Assembly: GCA_030390025.1 (NCBI GenBank)
Contig: CM059433.1
Span: 3,038,001-3,102,000 of the forward strand
Direction: 5' to 3'
DNA length: 64,000 nt
DNA from: Squalus acanthias
Taxonomy: Eukaryota
Numbering within the stretch: position 1 is the first letter of the stretch; every line of letters starts with the position of its first letter. Below are positions 1-12,584 of this stretch, piece by piece. A program made the position numbers and the translations under genes. Under the pieces are notes generated by a model. The model did not search any database, was not told the origin of the DNA, and worked only from the letters and a program-made list of their open reading frames with translations.

Positions 1-1278
1 TTATGGCAATCGCAACTTTAATCGTTCAAAATACAAATAGCTTACATTATGTTATTCTCAGAGATCCTTATTCTCAAATCTTAACTTCGTTACATTTCCA
101 CACTTCTACTTATTTCTTAATCCAGAATATCCACCAAAATCAAATACCTTGATTACCCGAGACTCAAAAGTTGTAAACTTACAGAGAATGTCTGTTAAGT
201 TGAGAAACGCTTGCCTTCTCAGCGACTTCTGACTTTTCTGTCTGAAAAGCTCTATGTTTTATACTCTTTTTTGGGTGGTTTATCCTTTGAAGTTTTCCTG
301 ATGATGTAAGCTAATTTGTATCAAGTCATTCTTACTGACTTTGTTCTATTCTTTATTGTCATTTCAGCTGTCAGCTTTTAGACTTGTGTCCTGTTTAGGT
401 GTTTCCAAAACCATCATAAACACAATGACAGCAATGGTTTCTGTTTGATGCAATTCTTATCGAAGTCTTTCTATTGAATTTCTAATACTACTTTAACTGG
501 TTATTAGATGTTGTGACTCCGTGGTATTCTAAGTTCAATACAGGAACAATGTGATTGCTTGGTGTATCCATTGAAGTAATATTTTCAAAGTCATCTTGTT
601 TGTGTACTTTTTACAACTTGTAAATTAAAACCACTTCTCTAGTATCTTCATGCATTTCTAATTTACTTCAATTGGTTTTTATCAGAGCTTGGAACTCCAT
701 CTTTCAAGCTTAACATTAAAAGTATTTGTTCAGCAGGCATTTCTTTTACTTGATGTCATATTTTCAAAGCCTTCTGTAGGTATCATATTTACAACATGTA
801 AATTGAAAACCCTTCTCTCAGTGTTTACTTGTTTTCTAGTTAGCTCAGTTGGTTGCATATTTAATCATGTTTCCTGTTTCTAAGTTTAACAAACTATTTT
901 ACGACAGGTATTTCTTACTGGATGTCATTCTTTCAAAGGCATTTGTTTTTTTTAATGTTCTGTGCACCTGTTCGACGTGTTAGATTGTAACACTTTACTT
1001 GGGTCATTCCATTGTTTTGATTCCAATGTCCAGACGCTCTGGAAACAAACCTTGCTTTATCAATAGGGCTTGTTTCTTGGTCAATACCCATTCCCATTTC
1101 AAAGCTTGTGTTCACAGCTTTGTGTTAACAAACCATCTTATCTCAGAAGCCTGTATTGTGCCTTCAGCCTGTGTCACCGAGGCTTATGTCTTTTAAACAC
1201 AGTATGCTTTTTATTAATAATTTCAGAAATCTGTTCCTAGTATCGTGTATTTTTCTGAATCCTGGCTATTCCTGCACA
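1..1278 (-). mobile_element. Long LTR (ERV/Gypsy-type), runs off the window start, inserted into a CR1
   Basis: Ends ...CTGCACA at 1278 (TGTGCAG on minus), and CR1 ORF2 sequence resumes at 1279 (ACCACACCTTGAGTACTGC). Minus-strand TATAAAA at ~257-263. Diverged internal repeats (581-643 vs 760-823; 733-771 vs 905-940) resemble U3 enhancer repeats. The other end is not visible. Confidence 0.55.
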
Positions 1279-1848
1279 ACCACACCTTGAGTACTGCGTA
1301 CAGTTTTGGTCTCCTTATTTAAGGAATGATATACTTGCATTGGAGGCAGTTCAGAGACGATTCACTAGGTTAATTCCAGAGATGAGGGGTTTGACTTATG
1401 AGGAAAGGTTGAGTAGGCTGGGCCTATACTCACTGGAATTTAGAAGAATGAGAGGTGATCTTATTGAAACATATAATATACTGAGGGGGCTCGACAAGGT
1501 AGATGCAGAGAGGATGTTTCCCCTCGTGGGGAAATCTAGAACTCGGGGGTATAGTTTCAGAATAAAGGGTTGCCCTTTTAGAACTGAGATGAGGAGGAAT
1601 TTCTTCTCTCAGAGGGTCGTAAATCTGTGGAATTCTCAGCCCCAGAGAGCTGTGGAGGCTGGGTCATTAAATACATTTAAGGTGGAGATAGACAGATTTT
1701 TGCAAGATAAGGGAGTGAAGGGTTATGGGGAGCGGGCGGGGAAGTGGCTTTGAGCCCAAGATCAGCCATGATCTTATTGAATGGCGGAGCAGGCTCGAGG
1801 GGCCAAGTGGCCTATTCCTGCTCCTATTTCTTATGCTCTTATGTTCTA
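1279..1848 (+). mobile_element. CR1 LINE 3' fragment (ORF2 C-terminus + 3' UTR)
   Basis: ORF 1340-1753 EAVQRRFTRLIP..LGLYSLEFRRMRGDLIE..RRNFFSQRVVNLWN; 3' hairpin region and TCTTATG-type tail repeats. Confidence 0.95.
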
Positions 1849-2206
1849 CCAGACTCCCAGTAGTTCACTCTGTGCGCGCTGCACTCAGTGCTGGCTGCAC
1901 TCACAGGCCCCTGTGTTTATACTGCTTGTGACTCAGGAGAGCTTGCTTGATTGTCTCTGCTTAAGCTGGAAGAAATTTAAAAATTTAAAGTTTAAATTTT
2001 AACTTAAGAGCTACTAGCAATTAACGCTAGATTGTAAAAGAGATTAACCCTTTGTTGTTTGTTGTGTTGTTCAGTTTTGCGTTGAAAGGACAGAATTGGT
2101 CACTGAAGTCTGATAGATGTTCATTTTATTTAACTTTCTTATTCAACTTCCCAAGTAATTAAAATGAAACTCGACCGACAAAAATAAAGTATCCTCCAGC
2201 AAAACG

Positions 2207-2416
2207 TACACCATGTACAGACATAGACCATGTACAGACATACACCATGTACAGACATAGACCATGTACAGACATACACCATGTACAGACATAGACCATG
2301 TACAGACATAGACCATGTACAGACATACACCATGTACAGACATAGACCATGTACAGACATAGACCATGTACAGACATACACCATGTACAGACATACACCA
2401 TGTACAGACATACACC
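2207..2416. repeat. 17-bp minisatellite (ACCATGTACAGACATAS), ~12 copies
   Basis: Direct read; units differ only at the last base (G/C). Confidence 0.95.
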
Positions 2417-2584
2417 TTCTTCTAAGATGTGAAGCAGGCTCCTGCGTCTGCTTTCACTAACCGTAAGAAAAACGTCCATAATTGCTGAGCAGTTGGTGGG
2501 CAAATAGCCCAAGTTGACAGATCTCATGTTGGGGATTTAGAGTTTGCCATCACACCCACCGCAAAATCTGGGTCAATACGTTTT

Positions 2585-2880
2585 AGTACCAACAAGGGAA
2601 TAGGTCATACTAGATTTAGTGATTAGTAGCAAACTCATTAGTTAACAATCTGACAGTAAGGGAGCGTGTTGCAAATAGTGACCATAATACAATTAAATTT
2701 GATATTAGTTTTGAGAGGGAGAAAGGAGAGTCTGAAACCGAGGTTTTAAATTTAAGTCAGGCAAACTTCGAGAGGATGAGAAATGAATTGACCACAGTAA
2801 ACCAGGCTGAACTGTTAATGTGTAGGCCGACAGACAAACAGTGGGACGTATTCAAAGAAGTATTTGGTATAATGCAAAAC
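2585..2880 (+). mobile_element. CR1 ORF2 fragment (end of endonuclease domain)
   Basis: Translates to ..VANSDHNTIKFDISFER..VLNLSQANFERMRNEL..QWDVFKE (SDH motif of the APE endonuclease). Confidence 0.85.
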
Positions 2881-2929
2881 CAGATGTTGCATGACCTGCT
2901 GAATATTTGCAACATTTTCTGTCTTCTCA

Positions 2930-3384
2930 GAGGCCTTCCTTTACCATTCGAGGCCTTGAAAGCATCCATCAGCACTCGCTACACACGTAAAAAAAAACTT
3001 TTAACATGTATTGCAGCAAATCACCACTTCAATAAAAAAAAAAGTGCAAAAGCTTAAATGAAAACTTACCTGAAAGATGTGTGTGTCCCTTTAAGAGGTG
3101 CTGATAGAGTCTCTGTCAGTCTGCTTACATGCTGGTTTTACCTGGTGTGCTTAGGACCCAGCGCTGAACTTAGCACTAGGGTCGAAGTTTTCCCTGGTGA
3201 CATTAAGTCGATGTTACATGCTGACTTAATGTCACCACAGTGCCATTTTACTTTTCAGGGCAATGCTACTTACTGGCCGAGGAAGCCGTGGGACCTGCCA
3301 CCAGATGGTGGAAGAGCGGTGGCCGCCGCTTTCTCCACATTACACTGCGCTAACAGGTGGCGATAAAGTAGGGAATTTTTCCCC
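2930..3384. mobile_element. Harbinger-type MITE remnant
   Basis: Ends with a GGAATTTTTCCCC-type terminus shared with other MITEs here; contains CCCTTTAAG and AAACTTACCT motifs. Confidence 0.5.
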
Positions 3385-4237
3385 TTGTATCCATTTTCAT
3401 AGTACAGGAAGAGGAAAAATAATAGTGATACAAGGGAACCTAAAAATAAGTTGAGGAGGAACTTAGTGGATTCCATATAAATTAAAAATATGATAATGGA
3501 GAAAATAATGGGACTTAAGATAGACAAATCTCCAGGACTTGATGGTTTCCACCCCAAAGTATTAAAAGAAATAGGTGAGGAACTAACAGATGAATTAGCC
3601 ATAATTTCCAGATTCAGGAATTGTGCCTTTGGATTGGAATATTGCAAATGTTAATCCATTATTTAGAAGGGAGGGAGAAACTAGATAACTGCAGATTCAT
3701 TAGTTTACATCAGTAGTGGGGAAGTTACTGCAATCTATCATCAGAGACAGAGAAACTGAGCACCTTGACAAGTATATGCTGATCGAAAAGTGTCAGCATG
3801 GATTTGTGAAGGGTAGGTCATGTCTGACTAACCTAATTTAATTTTTTGAGGAGGTAATTAGCATGGTAGATAGGGGAGTATCTCGGATGTTATTTATGGA
3901 CTTCCAGAAGCCATTTCATAAGATTCAACACCAGAGATTATTAGTAAAAATGAAAGTGCATGGAATTGGATGTAACCTTGTGACATGGGTGGTAATTGGT
4001 TGAGAGGTAGGCGACAGAGAGAAGGGATAAAGGGAACATTCTCCGATTGGTGGTATGTGACAAATGGTGTTCCCAGGGATCTGTAATGGAGCCTCAGCTT
4101 TTCACCATATATATTAATGACTTGGATGAAGGAATAAAGAGTTGTATATCCAGGTTTACAGATAACACTAATTAGGAGGCACAGTAAGTTACGTGAATGG
4201 GTGCAGAAAGTTATAAAGGGACATAAACAGACTAAAT

Positions 4238-5956
4238 GGGGGGGGGGGATTTTGTGAGGGATCAGCGGGCGCGATCGGTGGTGGGTCGGGTGGGAAAATG
4301 TTTTTTTTGACAACGGGTTGGGACCCTGCCGTCAACCCACCACCACGTGCCTTTCCCAAATGTCGGGTCTGTCATCGCTGAGCAGACGCGACACGCAGCG
4401 ACGGGGAAGGAAATTCAGGTCATTATGACCTTGTTAAAAGAGGATTACGAACTATTTTGAATTCACCTTCAGAGTTTACCAGGTCGCCCACGGGGTCTAC
4501 GCTGCTCGGCAATCACGTCAGGTAAGAAGGGCGGGAGTTGAATCAGCATGGAATCATCTCATTACTTGATCGCTGCAAATGTGCTATAAAAGCTCCCATC
4601 TCACAGCTGTTTACTTTCCAAGCTCAGAAGCTGTTGCTTACTGCATTTGGAAGACAGATTGAGCAAACTCTCCATCCAGTGTCACCTCATTGGAACAACC
4701 TCTCTCACCACTGACAGATTGCTCCTGCCATCTCAAGTTCACCTGCCATCTATTACATCAGAATGGGTACGGCTTATACTGTCTCACCTTGGTCCTCAGA
4801 ATCCCACCACAATCAGCCCCAACACCAGCAGCACCAGGCACACCAGCAGCACCAACAACAACACCAACTTTCTCTGCAATCAACTGATGCTGCACAGGAC
4901 ACAGGGCATCAGCACCCGAGCACATTGCTGCCCGGGACGCCAGGGATGGCCTCACCATAGCCAAATTTACTTCACTTGACACTGTACACCCTGGCTGACA
5001 CATGATGCGCCAGGTTGGGACCACCCCACACCAGCACCATAAAGCATCCCTACAATGTCCAAGCCATTCCTTTCACACTCATCACTATTGTGGGGGGTAC
5101 CGTTATGTCTCACTATTCACTGCAACTCACTAAGCCACTTCCAAAGGTTCACACAAATCTGTCCAAGAACGCAAAGTGTTGATAATAAAGGTTTCAATGT
5201 TTGACAGAAACTTCACATGAACATTGGCTAAAACACAAAAGTGCCTTCCCTTGTGTGGTGTTAGTTGGTATGATTGCACTAGGATAAGGGTGAGTGTGAG
5301 GGATGGCTAGTGAGATGGAGAAGTGATAAAGTAGATAGAGAGGGATAGTTGGAGGTGCAAGGTATGTTGGTGTGAGTAAGGATGTGCAGGAGTAGGGTAG
5401 GGAAGGCAGTGTGATGGGGATGTGATGAGTGGCACAGCAGGATGAGGTTGAGTGTGGCTTTGCAGTAACGTTTTGTGATCTACTGAGATCATTGAAAGGT
5501 TTGTGCCACTGCAACCAGGTCCTCCCGACGACATCCCTGCTTGTGTCCTCCTGGGCAATGTGCAACCAGGCTGCGTTGGTGTCCTGGGGAGGTCTCTTCT
5601 GCCCATGGGAAGGGAAGAGGACCTCCCTGCGTGCTGTGACTCCCTCCATAAGCATATGGAGGGAGTCATGGGAGAGCCTGGGTGCACCTTTGTACAGTGC
5701 TTGTCAGTGTTTGCAGCACCTCAATGCTGCACATGAATTTGCACATGGCCCCTTTAAGGAACCGGCCGATGATGCTTCATCGAATGATGTCATCAGAAAC
5801 GCCTCCTTCAATTGGCCGGCAAACATGCTGGGTGCGCTTAACAAGCCCAATCAGGGGAAAATCATTTTGGACAGCGGGCTGGATCTGGCAGCGAGGCCGG
5901 GACCCGCCACCGACATCACCCGCCACGGTCCCGCCGAGGTTGGTAAAATCCAGCCC
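4238..5956. mobile_element. Non-autonomous PIF/Harbinger element with Myb/SANT-like 5' fragment (-) and putative transposase 5' fragment (+)
   Basis: GGG..GATTTT / AAAATCCAGCCC termini and AAT TSD. Minus strand ~5480-5655 reads RREVLFPSHGQKRPPQDTNAAWLHIAQE..RTWLQWHKPFNDLSRS, a Myb/SANT-like motif of Harbinger ORF2. Homologous to 12710-14464. Confidence 0.85.
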
Positions 5957-6046
5957 AATGAGTGGGCAAAGCTATAGGAGATGGAATTTAACGTGAGGTC
6001 ATCCACTTTGATCTGAGAAAAACAAATCAGACTTTTTTCTTAATAG

Positions 6047-6729
6047 GGGGAAATATTCGGTGGCGCCCCCTTTGGGGCGCTAACTTCGCCGGGGCAATAC
6101 TTTTAGCGTCCGGAAAAAGTTAGCGCCCCTGCGCCATAAATTCAGTGGTGGCGCCCCAAGCAGGAGGCGCTACAAATGAATATCTTGGCACGTAGCGCTG
6201 CGGTATTGCAGGCCTCTCGCTCCTGATTAAAGGGGAGGGGCCGAGCGCTGTGCGCACCGGGGCCCTGCTGGACCACTGGGGAGCGGGATGTTGGGAAAGC
6301 AGCCCGGCCCTCAAGAGGAGGGCCGGGCTGAGTGATCGAGGCCGGCAATCCGAATAAAAAAGGGGAAGGGGGGCAGGAGCTGGCAGGTGGCCAAACAAAA
6401 GATGGCCGCCCGGCCCCTGCCCTTTATCTTGCGCTGCTGCGGCTGCAAAAACACCACCCCGACCCTGTCGCACATACCGTCCGGCGGTAGGCCAGGGGGC
6501 GCAAGGGAAGTTTGCAGCCGGTGCGCGAGCAGGGCACTGCGCATGACGAAGACATCATCGCTGGAGGCGCAGCGCCGCGGGGCGCTACCGGCTAGCGCCG
6601 CCGCTAACCTCCCGCTGAATCTCGCGGGCGGTGTTAGCGGCGCCGCGCCCGGGCTCTAGGGGATTTGCGCCCCATTAACGCCCCCTGGGGGCACTAACGG
6701 GAGGCGCAAAACAACCCAATTTTTCCTCC
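6047..6729. mobile_element. GC/CpG-rich Harbinger-type MITE (family A)
   Basis: Imperfect ~13-bp TIR GGGGAAATATTC / CAATTTTTCCTCC, TAG TSD; homologous to 15252-15931 and 16563-17285. Confidence 0.85.
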
Positions 6730-7574
6730 TAGGAGCTGTGGAGGAGCAAAGTAATTTGGGTGTCCATTTGCAGAGATCAATAAAAGCTACTGCACAAGTA
6801 GAAAAATAATCAAAAAGGCTCATGGAATGTTAGCCTTTATCTCAAGGGGGTTGGAATCGAAAGCGGAGGAAATGATGCTTCAGTTGTACAGAGCCTGGGT
6901 GATACCCGATCTGGAGTCACAGCGCAGATTCAACAAAATGATACCAGCTCTTAAAGGGTTAAATTTTGAATACAGCTTGCATAAACTCGGTTTGTATTTC
7001 CTTAATTTTAGATGGTTGAGAGATTATCTAATCGAGGTGTTTAAAATGTGAAAGGGATTTGATAGGATAAATACAGAGAAACAAATTCCTCTGGTGGGGC
7101 AATCCAGAAATTGGGGACATATTCTTAAAATTAGAGCTAGGCCATTTAGATGTGAAATCAGGAAGCACCAAGCGTACTGAAAATTTGAAACTCTATATCC
7201 CAAAGACTGTGGATACTGGGTCAATTGAAATTTTGAGGACTAAGATCGATAGATTTTTGTTATGTAACGGTATTAAGGGATATGGAGCAAAGGCGGGTAA
7301 ATGGAGTTGAGCTACAGATCAGCCATGATCTAATTGAATGGCGGAACAGGCTCGAGGGGCTGAATACTCCTGTATCTATGTGATTGCTTATTTACAAAAA
7401 TAACTTATTTGAAGACAACAGCAAGCACCTCATTGAAAATAAGTAAAGCTTAGAACATCAGTTATTAGGATAAAGAGAAACCGGGCGAGTATGTGTTGTT
7501 GCATTTTGGGGTTTTACACAAAAGGAGTAATTTTATGCTTTGGGGCTCCCCGGGAGAACATCTTGCGAAATCAA

Positions 7575-9425
7575 GAACAACAACAATTTGTATTTATATA
7601 GCGTCTTTAACGTAGTAAAACGTCCCAAGGCGCTTCACAGGAATGTTTTAAAACAAAATTTGACACCAAGCCACATAAGGATAAATTAGGGCAGGTGACC
7701 AAAAGCTTGGTCAAAGAGGTAGGTTTTAGGGAGCGTCTTAAAGGAGGAAAGAGAGGTAGTGAGGCGGAGAGGTTTAGGCAGGGAATTCCAGAGCTTAGGG
7801 CCTAGGCAACAGAAGGCACGGCCACCAAAGGTTGAGCGATTATAATCAGGGATGCTCAAGAGGGCAGGATTAGAGGAGCACAGATATCTCGGGGGGTTGT
7901 AGGGCTGAAGGAGATTACAGAGATAGGGAGGGACGAGGCCGTGGAGGGATTTGAAAACAAGGATGAAATTTTAAAATCAAGGCGTTGCTTAACTGGGAGC
8001 CAATGTAGGTCAGTGAGCACAGGGGTGATGGGTGAATGGGACTTGGTGCGAGTTAGGACACGGGCAGCCGAGTTTTGGATGACCTCAAGTTCATGTAGGG
8101 TAGAACGTGGGAGGCCAGCCAGGAGTGCGTTGGAATAGTCAAGTCTAGAGGTAACAAAGGCATGGATGAGGGTTTCAGCAGCAGATGAGCTGAGGCAAGG
8201 GCGGAGATGGGCGATGTTACGGACATGGAAGTAGGCGGTCTTAGTTACGGCATGGACATGTGGTTAGAAGCTCATTTCAGGGTCAAATATGACACCAAGG
8301 TCTCGAACAGTCTGGCTGAGCCTCAGACAGAGGCTAGGGAGAGGGATGAGTCAGTGGCTAGGGAGTGAAGTTTATGGCAGGGACCGAAGGTCTTCCCAAT
8401 ATTTAGTTGGAGGAAATTTCTGCTCATCCAGTACTGGATGTCGGACAAGCAGTCTGACAATTTAGAGACGGGGGGGGGGGGTTTGAGAGAAGTGGTGGTG
8501 AGGTAGAGCTGGGTATCATCAGCATACATGTGGAAATTGACACTGTGTTTTCGGATGATATCGCCGAGGGGTGGATGAGAACTAGGAGGGGGCCAAGGAT
8601 AGATCCTTGGGCGACACCAGATGTAATGATGCGGGAGCGGGAAGAGAAGTCGTTGCAGGTGATTCTCTGGTTACGATTAGATAGATAAGAATGGAACCAG
8701 GCAAGTGCAGTCCCACCCAGCTGGACGACGGTGGAGAGGTGTTGGAGAAGGATGGAGTGGTCAACAGTGTTAAAGGTTGCAGACAGGTCGAGAAGGACGA
8801 GGAGGGATAGTTTACCTTTGTCACAGTCACATAGAATGTAATTTGTGACTTTGATAAGAGCTGTTTTGGTACTGTGGCAAGGGCAGAAACCTGATTGGAG
8901 GGATTCAGACATGGAGTTGCGGGTAAGATGGGCACGAATTTGGGAGGCGACAATATGTTCAAGGACTTTGGAGAGGAAAGGGAGGTTGGAGATGGGGTGG
9001 TAGTTTGCAAGGATGGAGGGGTCAAGAGTTGATTTTTTGAGGAGCGGGATGATGACGGCAGAGGGAGAGGGGGAGAGTACCTGAGGAGAGAACCGTTAAC
9101 AATGTCAGCTAACATGGGAGCCAGAAAAGGAAGTTGGGTGGTCAGCAGTTTAGTGGGAATAGGGTCGAGGGAACAGGAAGTGGGTCTCATGGACAAGATG
9201 AGCTTGGAGAGGGCATGAGGGGCTATCAGAGAGAAACTGGAGAAAGATGTGAGTTCAGGGCCAGGGCAGGGGGGAACCTTAGAGGAAGTTTGGCCCAGTG
9301 GGCTAGGGGAAGGAAGGGAAGTGGCAGAGGCAGTTGATTGGATGGTCTTAATCTTAGAGACAAAGAAGTCCATGAGCTCCTCACACTTGTTGTTAGAGTT
9401 GAGGGTGGAGGGGACAGGGGAGAGG
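7575..9425 (-). mobile_element. L2 LINE, 5'-truncated
   Basis: Minus ORFs PTSCSLDPIPTKLL, QSGFCPCHSTKTALIKV, LLDLSATFNTVDH, QGSILGPLL, YADDTQLY; (CAA)n tail with TATAGCGTCTTTAACGTAG at ~7575-7615. Confidence 0.95.
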
Positions 9426-9794
9426 GGATATCGTAGGCGGGCAGCTTGTGCTTTTTTATCCATTAAAATTAATGGTGGAAAATGAGCAGCTGCATGGCCA
9501 TAATTTCCAAAGCTATTCTCCTTGCAATTGATGCTCTCCACTGGGAGCACCCTTAGATATTTTCATTGAGTTCAGCATTATACACTACTCCCATAAAACA
9601 GCCCTCACACCTCGCGCCTTTAATTAACCAATAGCAATTGTAGTGAGTCCAGAGGTTGAACAGTAAACTGCTGTCTCTCTATTTTGGCTTATTTGATATA
9701 AACCACCATGTGGTTTTGTTGACTTTGGAAAGACAGAAGAGTGAACACTCCATCAGACTGTGGCTTAGGCTGTAAATTATTAGACAGATTCACT

Positions 9795-10810
9795 CAGTTC
9801 ACAGCCCCAGGACATCGCTGCAGGAGTTCCTCAAGGCAGTGTCCTAGGCCCAACCATCTTCAGTTACTTCATCAATGACCTTCCCTCCATCAGAGGGTCA
9901 GAAGTGGGGATGTTCGCTGATGATTGCACAGTGTTCAGTTCCATTTGCAACTCCTCAGATAATCAAGCAGTCCATGCCCACATGCGGCAAGACCTGGACG
10001 AAATTTAGGATTGGGCTGATAAGTGGCAAGTAACATTCGCGCCACAGAAGTGCCAGGCAATGACTATCTCCAACAAGCGAGAGTCTAATCATTGACATTC
10101 GATGGCATTACTGTCACCGAATCCCCCACCATCAATATCCTGGGGGTCACCATTGACCAGAAACTTAACTGGACCAGCCACATAAATACTGTGGCAACAA
10201 GAGCAGGTCAGAGGCTGGGTATTCTGCAGTGAGTGTCTCACCACCTGACTCCCCAAAGCCTTTCCACCATCTACAAGGTACAAGTCAGGAGTGTGATGGA
10301 ATACTTACCACTTGCCTGGATGAGTGCAGCTGCAACAACACTCAAGAAGCTCGACACCATCCAAGACAATGCAGCCCGCTTGATTGGCACCCCATCCACC
10401 ACCTTAAACATTCACTCCCTCCACCACCGGCGCACCGTGGCTGCAGTGTGTACCATCTACAAGATGCACTGCAGCAACTCGCCAAGGCTTCTTCGGCAGC
10501 ACCTCCCAAACCCACAACCTCTTCCACCTAGAAGGACAAGGGCAGCAGGCGCATGGGAACACCGCCACCTCCAAGTTTCCCTCCAAGTCACACACCATCC
10601 TGACTTGTAAATATATCGCCGACCCTTCATCGTCGCTGGGTCAAAATCCTGGAACTCCCTCCCTAACAGCACTGTGGGAGCACCTTCACCACACGGACTG
10701 CAGCGGTTCAAGAAGGCGGCTCACCACCACCTTCTCAAGGGCAATTAGGGATGGGCAATAAATGCTGGTCTTGCCAGCGACGCCCACATCCCATAAACAA
10801 ATTTAAAAAA
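9795..10810 (+). mobile_element. CR1-group (Zenon-like) LINE 3' fragment
   Basis: GVPQGSVLGPTIF..INDL..MFADD, then IYKVQVRSVMEY..SLHHRRTVAAVCTIYK; tail AATTAGGGATGGGCAATAAATGCTGG..GCCAGCGACGCCCACATCC plus A-rich end. Confidence 0.9.
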
Positions 10811-10829
10811 TGTTTCTCTGGGGGTTCTG

Positions 10830-11160
10830 CTAGTGTCATGCTGAAGTGATGGGAGGATCCCTGCATGGTTTCAAGGCCCTAGTCTCTATTTCTGGCACAG
10901 GTCCACAACGTAAAATGGGCACTGATTGGCTCAAAATAAGCATTCACTCTCAGAGAGACCATACAAAGTGAAATAAATCACACTGGAGAGTGCTTGTCTG
11001 AGATTCGGATGAAGGCACATTATTGGGGCAGAGGAGGGAAAGCTCTGTTCCGCATCTAGTCCTCCTGTACATGATTCGCTTAGTTCTTAAGACAGTCATC
11101 AAGTGCTTGGAGGTGCTCTCTTCTGGCTCTAACTTCCCTTCCTTTGGTGAGCAAAATGAA
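10830..11160 (+). mobile_element. Ancient LF-SINE-like element (degraded)
   Basis: CAGGTCCACAACGTAAAA..CACTGATTGGC and GAAGGCACATTATTGGGGCAG..GGAAAGCT..CTGTAC resemble the recalled LF-SINE body. Confidence 0.45.
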
Positions 11161-12014
11161 ATATAAATTATTTTTTTAATATTCTGAACTCCATTTATTC
11201 ATATCAATGTACAGGTAATATAATGTTTCTTTAGACCATGAGGAAACTTGAGCATATCAGTCCTATTATCCCATCAATGATTTGGATGCACAAGATCTAC
11301 TTGATTGCTAGCGACACCAGATGTCAAAGAAACCCCAGTAAATCATCAGAAAATTAAATACTATGACAGATAGCGTTGTAGATACCACAGAATTGAATTG
11401 ATGAGGCAAAGCCACTAGACAGCTGGAGAAACTGGATGCCGCAGGTAAATAGAAAGAGAAATCATATAATACAATATTTAAAATAAACTGTCAAGGCTTT
11501 GGAAGCATAACAACTCTGTGAAATGTGATGGGACACCTATTATTGTCTCAGTGCTCTTATAATACCGCAAAATATGCAGAAGCTTGATAAAGAGGTGCAT
11601 TGTTTAGTTTTGCATGATGGTGCAATTGTGTTACAGGAATAGCTGCAAATTTACCATTCAATCCAAATCAATTCAATTCACAGAGCTTCCACCTCTGAGT
11701 TTGGTTTTCGTTTTATTCCCAACTGCAGAAGGCCTTATTTTTATTGATGCTAAATAAAAAGAATAAATTATGCTACAGTTATATTGCGGCTGCCTTTTCT
11801 CACACAAGGACGTTTTCTGATGTATTTTCTTCAATTAAGTTATTTTATTACACTCTCATTTTCTACTACTATTAGGATCCTCGATTTTATCACTGGGAGT
11901 ATTATTTGAACACAATGACTGATCCATAAAAGCAATAATTTCTTAGCTTCTATCTGGCCATAAATTTACAACTTGTTGGAATTGTACAGAAGTTTTAAGG
12001 CCAGTTGTTAGGTA

Positions 12015-12276
12015 CAGTAAACTCTTTCTTATCTGGCACCTATGGGACCAGGATGGTGCCGGTTGATGAAAAATTCTGGATAACAGAGAGGTATACCGAC
12101 CAAGGCAATTTGTAACACAAACAAAAATAAAAACCACTGACTAACTCGGCCACCGCGGGAGCCTCGGACTCGGCAAAACCAGTGCTGGATGGATTCGGCA
12201 AGATGACCAGTTATCTATTTTGCCGGTTATTAAAGTATTCCGGATGATTAAGTGCCATTTAAACAAGAGTTTACTG
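12015..12276. mobile_element. Tc1/mariner (Tigger/pogo-like) MITE
   Basis: ~25-bp imperfect TIR CAGTAAACTCTTTCTTATCTGGCAC / GTGCCATTTAAACAAGAGTTTACTG flanked by TA on both sides. Confidence 0.85.
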
Positions 12277-12584
12277 TAACTTTAAAGTTATGTGAAGTGG
12301 TCCATTAAAATAAAAAGTACTATGTCACCAATATTTGTAATTGCATTTTTAGTTTGTAATAAAGTTGGAACCCTTCCCGGTACAATATTTTGATTGGTAT
12401 TATTTTTATTTTTGTTTTGTATGTCAATGAGAATTAATCTAAAATTTCCAGGAGAGAAAAGACAATTAAACATCCTGAGAGTGAATAAAAAAAAAAGCAT
12501 GCAACTCATCACAATATACCAAAGCAATCTCGATTAATGTATCATTTGTTTGATGACTCTGGAAAGGATGTAAATTACGAGATA

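Larger units (their letters stand above)
3390..7385 (+). mobile_element. CR1 LINE (degenerate RT to 3' UTR) split by two Harbinger insertions (4238-5956, 6047-6729)
   Basis: KSPGLDGFHP, QHGFVKGRSCLTNL, DFQK, INDLDE and MLAFISRG motifs in order; sequence is continuous across both insertions (AGACTA-AAT-GAGTGGGC). Confidence 0.9.

Noticed and set aside
2139..2527. Cys/Met-rich repeat ORFs
   Set aside because: Products of the 17-bp tandem repeat.
2880..2927. Third hammerhead in a Penelope-type terminal fragment
   Set aside because: Only the downstream GATGTTGCATGACCTGCTGA..TTTTCTG part is present; no CTGANGA/GAAA core.
3296..3311. CTCF-like motif TGCCACCAGATGGTGG
   Set aside because: Single imperfect match inside a MITE remnant; not supportable alone.
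6047..6729. CpG islands as host promoters (also 15252-17285, 27967-28290)
   Set aside because: CpG-rich segments coincide with TIR/TSD-bounded repeated MITEs.
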